Below are positions 49,419 to 57,517 of a DNA stretch of 64,000 nucleotides, piece after piece. The position numbers were made by a program, and so were the translations under genes. The notes below the pieces were generated by a model. It saw nothing but the letters and a program-made list of their open reading frames with translations, was not told the DNA's origin and searched no databases. Origin of the DNA: a virus (Duplodnaviria > Caudoviricetes); the IMG/VR virus record IMGVR_UViG_3300028603_000018, positions 64,001-128,000 of that record; one strand, given 5' to 3'. Within the stretch, counting starts at the first letter, position 1. Every line of letters begins with the position of its first letter.

Positions 49419-51635
49419 ATGTCTAATCCGATTATCGTAAGGTATGATTTAGATAGGACTGGTATCAGTCCAGATAACAGAGTGGTCGGTGAAATCCATG
49501 AATTATCTAATCGACGTATTCGACCCATTTCACCACACTGTGGTCCTTTCTTCTTAGATAACCTTCTTGTTAGAGATAGTTTGACTCAACAAGAGTTAGT
49601 AATGGGAGTGGACTGGGAGCCTTCAGAACTCTACACGGTGGCTTCCTTAGATTTAGCTAAAGAGATCTATGCTCTAATCTTAATTACTAATCCTGATGTA
49701 TCTAACTCTGTAGAGATTGATTATCAAGTAGTGGGTGGTGAGTATAGCTTTAACACGTATGCTATTGTAAAGATGATCGAGGATCTAGAACTCGATAATC
49801 GTCCTGTAGATTGGCCTAACATTATTGGTAAGCCAGATGAATTCACACCAGCACCTCACTTACATGACGTAGGTGATACTTTTGGTTGGGAATATACAGT
49901 ACAAGCGCTTTACAATATCCGTGACGCTATTCTGATGGGTGATAGGGCTTCTCATGATCAAATTTTAGATTATATTGATAGTCAAATCACCTCTTTTGAT
50001 GATTTGGTTAGTAATCACATTAATAACACCAATAACCCTCACAGTGTAACTAAAGCTCAAGTAGGGTTAGGTAATGTGAGTAACTTTAGTACTGCTACAC
50101 CCGCCCAAACATCAACAGGTACAGCTACTAACCTATTTGTCACGCCTGAGGGTGTAACTTTAGCTATTACTAATAGAGCAGTTACACCTTTAAACACTCA
50201 CATTAGTAATACTAGCAATCCGCATAACGTAACCAAAGCACAAGTAGGATTAGGTAGTGTTAATAATTACAGTACAGCCACACCAGCAGAAACCAATACA
50301 GGTACAGCAAGTAACCTGTATGTAACACCTGCTGGTGTACTTAATGCTATTAACACTAGGGCGGTTACGCCGCTTAATGCCTTTATCGCACGAAGGGACA
50401 ACCCTCATGTTGTGACGAAGCCTCAAGTAGGGTTAGGTAACGTAGATAACTTTGCTACAGCAAACAATAGTCAGGCAGTGGCAGGTACAGCTACTAACTT
50501 ATTCATTACTCCAGCGAGTTTGAAGGCAACGATTGATAGTAGAGTTCCAGCTGGTATGGTGGATCACGTCACTAATATCAATAACCCTCACCAAGTGACA
50601 AAAGCACAAGTGGGATTAGGATTAGTTGATAACTATGGCACAGCTTCATCTAGTCAAGCTGTGACTGGGACAGCTACTAACCTCTTTGTAACTCCAGCAG
50701 GTCTACGCGCCGCAATTGATAATCGTGTGCCTTCTGGTTTTGCTACTCACCTTACTAATACTAATAATCCACATAGTGTAACAAAAGCACAAGTGGGTCT
50801 TGGTAATGTGAATAACTACGGCACGGCTACACCAGCAGAGGCTAACACAGGAACAGCAAGTAACCTGTATGTAACACCTGCTGGTCTGTTAAATGCTATT
50901 AATACTAGAGCAGTTACACCATTAACAACTCACACGAGTAATACCAGTAACCCTCACAACGTAACTGCTGCTCAGGTAGGCGCTTATACTAAATCAGAGA
51001 TCGATACCATGGTCTCTAATTTAAGTAATTCTTACCTGCCTTTAGCAGGTGGTTCCATGACTGGCAGGATTACTAACACACCTAATGCTGCAACTCGTGT
51101 TCAGATGGATTCCAGTCCAACAACATTAGGAGCCATCCTTTTCGATGCTGGCACAACAGCTACAGGAGATGCTGAGGTTGCTGGTTTCTCTTTCCGAGCT
51201 GGTACTAACATTGTTAAGATGGGTCTTAATAATACGGGTGTTTTTGGTTGGGGTGGTGGTACAAGATCGCCTTGGTCTTTCTATTCGTTAAACAACGGTG
51301 ATGTTGTCGCATCAGGTGATGTTACAGCTTACTCTGATCCTCGTTTAAAAGAAAATGTGAAACCTATTCTTAATGCTCTAGATATTAATAGAAAATTAAG
51401 TGGAAAGTATTTCATATGGAAAGACTTACCTCATGTAAGAAATAAAGCTGGTACGAGTGATCTAGGTGTTATGGCTGATGAAGTAGAGGCTGTTCTTCCT
51501 GAAGCAGTTAAAGAGTCTGTTGAGTATGATGGTCAGACTTATAAGACTGTAGCCTATGGAAAAATTGTTCCAGTACTTATTGAAGCCGTTAAGGAATTAG
51601 AGTTAAAAGTATTGCGTTTGGAATCAATGTTATAA
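49419..51635 (+). CDS. Tail fibre protein 2 with 6 NPH repeats and C-terminal peptidase S74 intramolecular chaperone
   Basis: Paralogous N-terminal domain (YDLDRTG.SPDNRV); NPH repeats; GDVTAY|SDPRLKENV...LGVMADEVEAVLPEAV...VAYGKIVPVLIEAVKEL is an S74 domain. Confidence 0.85.
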   Translation: MSNPIIVRYDLDRTGISPDNRVVGEIHELSNRRIRPISPHCGPFFLDNLLVRDSLTQQELVMGVDWEPSELYTVASLDLAKEIYALILITNPDVSNSVEIDYQVVGGEYSFNTYAIVKMIEDLELDNRPVDWPNIIGKPDEFTPAPHLHDVGDTFGWEYTVQALYNIRDAILMGDRASHDQILDYIDSQITSFDDLVSNHINNTNNPHSVTKAQVGLGNVSNFSTATPAQTSTGTATNLFVTPEGVTLAITNRAVTPLNTHISNTSNPHNVTKAQVGLGSVNNYSTATPAETNTGTASNLYVTPAGVLNAINTRAVTPLNAFIARRDNPHVVTKPQVGLGNVDNFATANNSQAVAGTATNLFITPASLKATIDSRVPAGMVDHVTNINNPHQVTKAQVGLGLVDNYGTASSSQAVTGTATNLFVTPAGLRAAIDNRVPSGFATHLTNTNNPHSVTKAQVGLGNVNNYGTATPAEANTGTASNLYVTPAGLLNAINTRAVTPLTTHTSNTSNPHNVTAAQVGAYTKSEIDTMVSNLSNSYLPLAGGSMTGRITNTPNAATRVQMDSSPTTLGAILFDAGTTATGDAEVAGFSFRAGTNIVKMGLNNTGVFGWGGGTRSPWSFYSLNNGDVVASGDVTAYSDPRLKENVKPILNALDINRKLSGKYFIWKDLPHVRNKAGTSDLGVMADEVEAVLPEAVKESVEYDGQTYKTVAYGKIVPVLIEAVKELELKVLRLESML
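50016..50990 (+). repeat. Tandem coding repeats (6 NPH units)
   Basis: Same unit as in fibre 1; a 33-nt identical block occurs at 50304-50336 and 50853-50885. Confidence 0.85.
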
Positions 51636-51660
51636 TACATTTTTAAGTATGTACTTTATC

Positions 51661-51698
51661 TAAATTAGGGACTTTTTACAAGTCCCTAATTTATACTG
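51661..51698 (+). terminator. Hairpin between fibre 2 and the downstream gene
   Basis: TAAATTAGGGACTT-TTTAC-AAGTCCCTAATTTA. Confidence 0.6.
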
Positions 51699-51726
51699 TT
51701 TTAAATGTAAATAAAGGAAAATATAA

Positions 51727-53313
51727 ATGAGTTTGCCTGATTGGACTGATGATCCCTTAACTCCTCTTTCAATTGGAGACATCAGGGACGAATGGGGCGC
51801 AACATTTGGGAACCCTAGACTTAGTTGGTTTTATGCAAACGGTCCTTATGTTGATGCTAATGCTAAAGGATATCCATTTGGTGTAGAGACAAATATCCCT
51901 ACCTCTGGGCGTATTAGTATTAGTAATTTCTACGGTAGTGCAGCTGATGTAGCTATTTGTAATAGAACAGGTAAATGGGCTACTTATATTGCACGAAATA
52001 CCAACTCTGGTGGTTTAGGTAGACTTAACCCTATCAACTATGTTTGGAGAGGTTTAAGATTTCCTATTTTCCCTTTCTTGACAGATTATCCTGCTCCCTT
52101 TACATCTACTGAAAATCTAATCTTTAAAACACCTGACGTTACCCAAGGTCAATTAGCGTTATACGGTTTAGAAGATGCTAACGTTGTTTGTATTGGTCCT
52201 GATGATTATCTTTATATCAACTTCTATAGCTATACTGACCACATTGTAAGACCTGGTATCTCCATTCTTAACCCTGTTACAGGTCAGTTCACTGCCTATC
52301 ATGGACAGAACTATATTGAGAACATGGATGGTACTGGTGGCTTAGGCGGAGAGATGGTAGTCTACGCAGGTAAAGATCTCCCAGCTAGTGGTGTATTCTT
52401 TCCTGGTTATACTTACGACGGCTCTCCTCACTATTGGGTGAGGATGGAGGTGAGATTAAGACGTAGGAATGACACATTTGCTTGGGGTAATTCAGCTGGA
52501 TTAATGTATCGTGGCGAGCATAATGAGAACAATGTTATCTCTTACTCTGGTATCTCATCTTTAGTTGGCTTTAACTCTGGTACACTAATTAATAATAAAG
52601 ATAGCGGTTGGTTAAAAGTAACGTTAAATAATAAAGAGTTATATGTAGCTAAGAAAAACGTTAGACGAAATGTTACACTATCTCAATTAAACGCAGCTAA
52701 CCTCGTTACAGGCAATAGAACAGTTACTGTCAGAGGAGTTAATTATCGTATTCGATTACTAACTGCTTCTGAATGGGTTTCTTTATTCCCACCTTTATCG
52801 AGAGAGACACTATTAGGTTATTCCGGTGTTAAGTTAGCACAGTTTGAGCAAAGTGAGTTTGTAAGACATACTGAATTAGCTCAAGTAATTACTAAAGGTG
52901 GGTATGATCCTGAATGGCCATTTAACTCTACTCGTACCTTTGATTTCATTCGAAATTATCAGAGTTGGGGTGGTCATGGTGGTGGGTATCTCAGACCAGG
53001 TCATATTCAAAACTTTGTTCCTGGTACAGGTACTATGTATAGTTCCCGCTTATTATGGAACTACGGCTATCCTTTAGCCAGTCTTCTTCAGGATGGTACG
53101 GCTCGTGGGGCTGATGGTGCTCAATGGAAGTGGACTATTAGTGAATCTGAATACTGGGCAGAATTTGAAGAAGGTGCTATTCAACATGGTATTCAGTATA
53201 CTGCTGGTGCTGTAACCATTCCTCCTTCATCACCAAGTCCTATTGGTAGTGGTACATTTACTTCTTCTAGGAACTATGAATTGGGTTGGCGGCCTGTGTT
53301 AGAAGAAATTTAA
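51727..53313 (+). CDS. Putative fibre-tip / receptor-binding protein
   Basis: N-terminal LSIGDIRDEWG...LSWFYANG...IPTSGRISISNFYG motif seen in proteins encoded after S74 fibres; C-terminal gp131-like domain ending GWRPVLEEI. Confidence 0.55.
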   Translation: MSLPDWTDDPLTPLSIGDIRDEWGATFGNPRLSWFYANGPYVDANAKGYPFGVETNIPTSGRISISNFYGSAADVAICNRTGKWATYIARNTNSGGLGRLNPINYVWRGLRFPIFPFLTDYPAPFTSTENLIFKTPDVTQGQLALYGLEDANVVCIGPDDYLYINFYSYTDHIVRPGISILNPVTGQFTAYHGQNYIENMDGTGGLGGEMVVYAGKDLPASGVFFPGYTYDGSPHYWVRMEVRLRRRNDTFAWGNSAGLMYRGEHNENNVISYSGISSLVGFNSGTLINNKDSGWLKVTLNNKELYVAKKNVRRNVTLSQLNAANLVTGNRTVTVRGVNYRIRLLTASEWVSLFPPLSRETLLGYSGVKLAQFEQSEFVRHTELAQVITKGGYDPEWPFNSTRTFDFIRNYQSWGGHGGGYLRPGHIQNFVPGTGTMYSSRLLWNYGYPLASLLQDGTARGADGAQWKWTISESEYWAEFEEGAIQHGIQYTAGAVTIPPSSPSPIGSGTFTSSRNYELGWRPVLEEI

Positions 53314-53326
53314 AACGAGATAGAAA

Positions 53327-54173
53327 ATGAGTAAAGATTTATTGATAGGAGTAGGTGGAGGGGAGGGGGTAGCACCTCCTGGACAGGTTCTTTGGGGAGT
53401 AAATATTGTCAACTCTTACTACGGTCCTAATGGTTTATTCCCCTTTGTTGTTCCTCAAGGCGTTTATTCTATTTGTGCTGTCACAGTGGGTAGGGGTGGT
53501 TATGGACCGGGACATACGAGTGGCAGGACTGCCGCCGGAGGTGGTGGAGGATTATCCTATCGTAATGATATTCCAGTGACTCCTGGCGAAACATTGACTA
53601 TTGACTATTGACTTCAATGCCGAACATGTAGGTATTCGTAGAGATGCTGAATGGTTATGCTATGCTCAATGCAGTGCTGCTAGTAGAACGGGCGGTTTAG
53701 GTGGTAAAAGCCTCTCTGTTATACATACTGGTGGTGGAAATGGTGGTCTCGGCGCGAATAATACAGGCAGTACAGTCCAGCGTTTAGGAGGTGGTGGAGC
53801 TGGGGGGTATACTAGTAACGGCGGAAATGGTGGTGGACATAACACTACTCAGACCACTAGTTTTGATGGTGGTAGTGGAGGTAACTATAATGCTTCATTC
53901 AACACATGTTCTGGTGGATTTGGTGTAACCTTACTGGGATCACGCGTACCTGGATCTAATGGAGTTCCTGTAGGCTCTCCTTACCCTCCTAATGTGAATA
54001 ATACTTCCACTGCACTACGTAACGCTCCTCCTAGAGGTGGTGGTAGATATGGTGGTGGTGCTGCTGTTATTTATAATACTACCTCTGGTAATGTGAATGG
54101 TCAGTCTTCTGGTGGTGTAAGAATTATTTGGGGTGAAGGTAGGTCTTACCCTTATAATGCTTTAGATGTATAA
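53327..54173 (+). pseudogene. Frameshifted Gly-rich adhesin (MSKDLL family); 279 aa if one ATTGACT copy is removed
   Basis: ORFs 53327-53611 and 53601-54173 are halves of one paralogue of 19115-19990; the break falls exactly at (ATTGACT)3. Confidence 0.85.
53593..53613 (+). repeat. Perfect 7-nt tandem repeat (ATTGACT)x3
   Basis: ACATTGACTATTGACTATTGACTTCAATG read directly from the sequence. Confidence 0.95.
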
Positions 54174-54212
54174 GGCATAAATGGGAGGTTAGAAAACCTC
54201 CCATTTATGCTG
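54174..54212. terminator. Bidirectional terminator (GCATAAAT family)
   Basis: GCATAAATGGGAGGTT-AGAA-AACCTCCCATTTATGC, a perfect 16-bp stem. Confidence 0.8.
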
Positions 54213-54283
54213 TACTAAAGAGAATACTAACTAAAACAAAGGAATAAGAGATGTTGATTTCCTTGAGTGTATCCTTCATTTTT

Positions 54284-55109
54284 TTATTCTTCAGGTGTGT
54301 ATTCCCAAATCCTAGCTTCTGGTACATCACCTATTACTATGAAACTATAGAAGTATATCTTTCCGTTTAATACACAAGGAAAGCAACTAGTAGACGATAA
54401 CCACATATTAAAAGGATCAGGAACAGGTATTTCAGTTACTTTATTTGTAACATCATTATACTTATAGAAAGAAGCACCAATAGTACTATTACCAGCTATG
54501 AAATAAATATCATCACCTAACGAACATCCTCTTCCCCATACACCACCGCCAGCATCATTAAACTCCCATTCCTCATCTAGCTCAATATACTCAATTGTTT
54601 CATCTAATAAATTATACTTAGATATTAATTTAATTCTATCAGGCTTAGTTAAATCTACGCGGGGTAAAATACTATATATGTAATTTTTATGCAGAACTCT
54701 TAATACAGGGTTTCTGGGCATAATTATATTTTTATATACTTTAGTATTAGTGCTTAGATTAACTACATCCATAACTTGATCACTTATCGCGTATAAATGA
54801 TTATCAAACACAAAACCATTCCAACTGGGTAAGGTAAATGGATTTGTTAATGCTAAAGATGAAATATGATCTGAAGCATAAGGTTTGATTTTAAGCATTC
54901 CTACGTTAGCTGTAGTCCCACCAATATAACCACCTAATGAATAAATAAACTCACCATCAGTAACAACTCCATACCTATTTCTAGTAAGTAATTGAGTTAT
55001 TGACCAAGCTATCCTCAGATAAATTCTTCTTGATATTGGATCGATGATGAAGTATTTAACACTACCACTCTTCAATCTCGTGAGAACTTATTAATATTTC
55101 TTTAGACAT
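54284..55109 (-). pseudogene. Kelch-like protein (MSKEIL family) with an N-terminal frameshift
   Basis: ATG 55109 reads MSKEILISSHEIEEW*. The Kelch body (DGEFIYSLGGY, DNHLYAI, GDDIYFIAG, NGKIYFY, IWEYTPE) is in the +1 frame, open only from 55087, with a TTG start. Confidence 0.65.
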
Positions 55110-55114
55110 AATTA

Positions 55115-55723
55115 TTACAGATTCTCCTGTATGTATTCTTGCAGGACAGTTAACTGTTCTCGCAGAGAATTATTCTCATTAACTAATTGATTTACATCAG
55201 CAGTTAATGTAGTGTTAGAAGTAATCAAGTTTTGTCTGGCTTGTTCTAAAGACTCATGTTCTTGTTGTGGTACTAACTTAGTCTCACTTAACTTAATTAC
55301 CTTCACCTCAGGCTCTAAACCAATGTTATCTTTAACTAAATCTTCGATCTTACTAATAAGACTGTCTAACGGAATTTCATCAGCTATAGCTCCTAACTTT
55401 ACTGCTAAAGCAATAACATTATACGGAACACCACCTACTAAAGGACAATTCTTAATATAAGAAGTAGGGACAACAATTTGCTGTCCGCTATCGGATCGTA
55501 ATGTAACTAGTCTAACATTATTCTGAGCATCAGTTTCATAAACAGTCTTATCTAGATCTACTGGGTAATAGACTTCTGTATAGGGGTCTTTCCCCCAGCT
55601 CTGCATTTCACTAAAACTGCGAAGTGCTGTACACTCATAGACAACGTTAGCAACGATTTGGGTATCAAAAGGAGCTTCTAGTTCATAAATACCTTTAGCT
55701 CCAACTACTGGAATAACACTCAT
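55115..55723 (-). CDS. Conserved jumbo-phage protein with C-terminal coiled coil
   Basis: GAKGIYEL.APFD, YEC.ALRSF and VPTSYI...P..GGVPY motifs; AAGGA RBS. Confidence 0.6.
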   Translation of the reverse strand: MSVIPVVGAKGIYELEAPFDTQIVANVVYECTALRSFSEMQSWGKDPYTEVYYPVDLDKTVYETDAQNNVRLVTLRSDSGQQIVVPTSYIKNCPLVGGVPYNVIALAVKLGAIADEIPLDSLISKIEDLVKDNIGLEPEVKVIKLSETKLVPQQEHESLEQARQNLITSNTTLTADVNQLVNENNSLREQLTVLQEYIQENL

Positions 55724-55743
55724 TACTTATCCTTAGAGTTTTC

Positions 55744-57054
55744 TTAACTCATGCTCTTCTTACAAAGAACTAAGTGATTAATATTTTCAATAGAAGTAGT
55801 TAAGTAGAGCTTACCATTCCTAAAGACTTTTAAGATACCATTAGGTGGAATATCAAAATCTTGGAAATCTTCAGCTAAGTAGATCATTTGTTGCATAACT
55901 GTAAACCAATCCCGAGTACGTTTTGTCATTCGGTTAAAATCAGTATCTGTTGATGAAACAGCAATCCAATCAGGATAGACCTCGTTGATTCGGTATTGTG
56001 CGTCTCTATTCTCATTACTACCAATAGACACAACAGCTAAACTCCTCCAAGGCCAACCAGTTACCATCGAGTAGTTGTTAATATGTGCTACAGGATAACC
56101 TACAGTATTTGCTTGAATGATAGTAGGAACTTCTCTATAATCTAACACTGAGCTATAAATACCTTTAACCGCTTGCTGATCTGGTACTGCTAATTTATTC
56201 CAAACAGGCACGTATACAAATTCAGTGCGTTTGAAAATATCAGGTAAGATTTCAGCCCACTCTTCACGCGTGTGGTTGGAATTACTTAAGATATGGTCTT
56301 GAATAGCGTCTTTAATAGAATCAATGTTATTACCAGCAATACCATAAATAAGAATACCCCAATCACTTGGAATAATGCGAGAAGAGTTATTAGGGTCGTG
56401 ATAATTAAAAGAATCAACTCGAAGATACGTTTCTGGATAACCTTCTTTAGCTGCTTGGATCTTTGCAGCAGTATCAGTCATTGTAATAGCTTCTAAAAGC
56501 GCTTGTACCTCAGCACCAGGTCTAAAGAAGATATCTAAAGGATATTGACCACTTGCTTCAATAGGTGGGACTACAGTGATAGTGTAATTAGGATATTGTA
56601 CTCTGAAAGCAGAGTCTGAGAACCAGATAGTAATATTTGCATTAGTTACTTTCATTGTCCAGCTAACGAACTCTGGAACATAATAAGTCCCATCAGTACG
56701 AATAGCACCCGCTGAGAAACTCTCTGCTGTAGCACTAAAAGCAGTAATTAACTCATTTAGGATTTCAACATGATCGACTTGTACACCAGGATTATTAATC
56801 GTATAGTCGTAAACAAATTTACTTACCGCTAAGATGTGGTCTCGAACAGCAATAGGCATCTCAGTATCAACACCCTCATCTTGACATTCAAATGAGATGA
56901 TGGTAATGTTCGGAGCCTGTTGTTTATTACTATAAACTCCTTTATCTTTAGCGTAAGTAAGGGAGAGAGTATGAATCTCTCCTACCTCATTAACAGCATG
57001 GGAATTATTATCAAATAACCCTGCGTGAGGTGCGAATCCTTTAATAACAAACAT
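55744..57054 (-). CDS. Virion structural protein, phiKZ gp157-like
   Basis: MFVIKGF, IWFSDSAFRVQY and ILPDIFKRTEF..VP.W motifs. Confidence 0.6.
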   Translation of the reverse strand: MFVIKGFAPHAGLFDNNSHAVNEVGEIHTLSLTYAKDKGVYSNKQQAPNITIISFECQDEGVDTEMPIAVRDHILAVSKFVYDYTINNPGVQVDHVEILNELITAFSATAESFSAGAIRTDGTYYVPEFVSWTMKVTNANITIWFSDSAFRVQYPNYTITVVPPIEASGQYPLDIFFRPGAEVQALLEAITMTDTAAKIQAAKEGYPETYLRVDSFNYHDPNNSSRIIPSDWGILIYGIAGNNIDSIKDAIQDHILSNSNHTREEWAEILPDIFKRTEFVYVPVWNKLAVPDQQAVKGIYSSVLDYREVPTIIQANTVGYPVAHINNYSMVTGWPWRSLAVVSIGSNENRDAQYRINEVYPDWIAVSSTDTDFNRMTKRTRDWFTVMQQMIYLAEDFQDFDIPPNGILKVFRNGKLYLTTSIENINHLVLCKKSMS

Positions 57055-57148
57055 AAATACTCCAGCGTATTTTTTAATCTAGAAATTAAAATTCTATTTT
57101 TTCTATTAGAAATCATAGGATTGACTATGACTAAGGTAATAACAAAAG

Positions 57149-57460
57149 ATGTTTCATTTAATAAGAAAAATATTCCCTTTCATAAAAGAAATGATTATTG
57201 GCAGGGGTTCTGTTTGGCAGTCTTTCCAGTACGATAAAAGAAGGTTCTTTTTCTTCGTCATTGTCTCTCTATCTATTTTCATAGCAGTTAATACAACAGG
57301 CTATTATTTAGAGGATGCGAGGAGACGCATTTTTAGTAAGTTAAATAACGTACCTTACATTTCTTTAAAAGATGATTTAAGAAAGACAGAAAAAGAAATT
57401 GAAAGGCTAAAATCTATTATCACTTACTATGAATCTAGATATGGTTTATACGAAGACTAA
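57149..57460 (+). CDS. Small membrane protein with coiled coil
   Basis: TM segment FFFFVIVSLSIFIAV; precedes RNase H. Confidence 0.55.
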   Translation: MFHLIRKIFPFIKEMIIGRGSVWQSFQYDKRRFFFFVIVSLSIFIAVNTTGYYLEDARRRIFSKLNNVPYISLKDDLRKTEKEIERLKSIITYYESRYGLYED

Positions 57461-57517
57461 ATTGAAATTAATGCATTTGCTCTTCTATATGAGTATCGAT
57501 ATGAAAAGGAAAAGGAA

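Noticed and set aside
47215-50990. CRISPR array or DGR template/variable repeats
   Set aside because: The repeats are in-frame protein repeats that differ at synonymous sites. There is no repeat-spacer structure or adenine-specific variation, and no reverse transcriptase or cas gene in the window.
53593-53613. Programmed ribosomal frameshift
   Set aside because: No XXXYYYZ slippery heptamer or obvious stimulatory structure; a DNA-level 7-nt duplication explains the break exactly.
54205-54279. 24-aa minus-strand ORF MKDTLKEINISYSFVLVSILFSTA
   Set aside because: No clear RBS and the stop lies inside the terminator stem; cannot be supported.
1110-57237. Short overlapping/antisense ORFs (1110, 4329, 6625, 15138, 19281, 19598, 19663, 22064, 27223, 29122, 29506, 29719, 37387, 40854, 46251, 47575, 48784, 55212, 56293, 57025)
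   Set aside because: They lie inside or opposite well-supported genes, and their composition is explained by the real frame (e.g. Pro-rich antisense of a Gly-rich gene).
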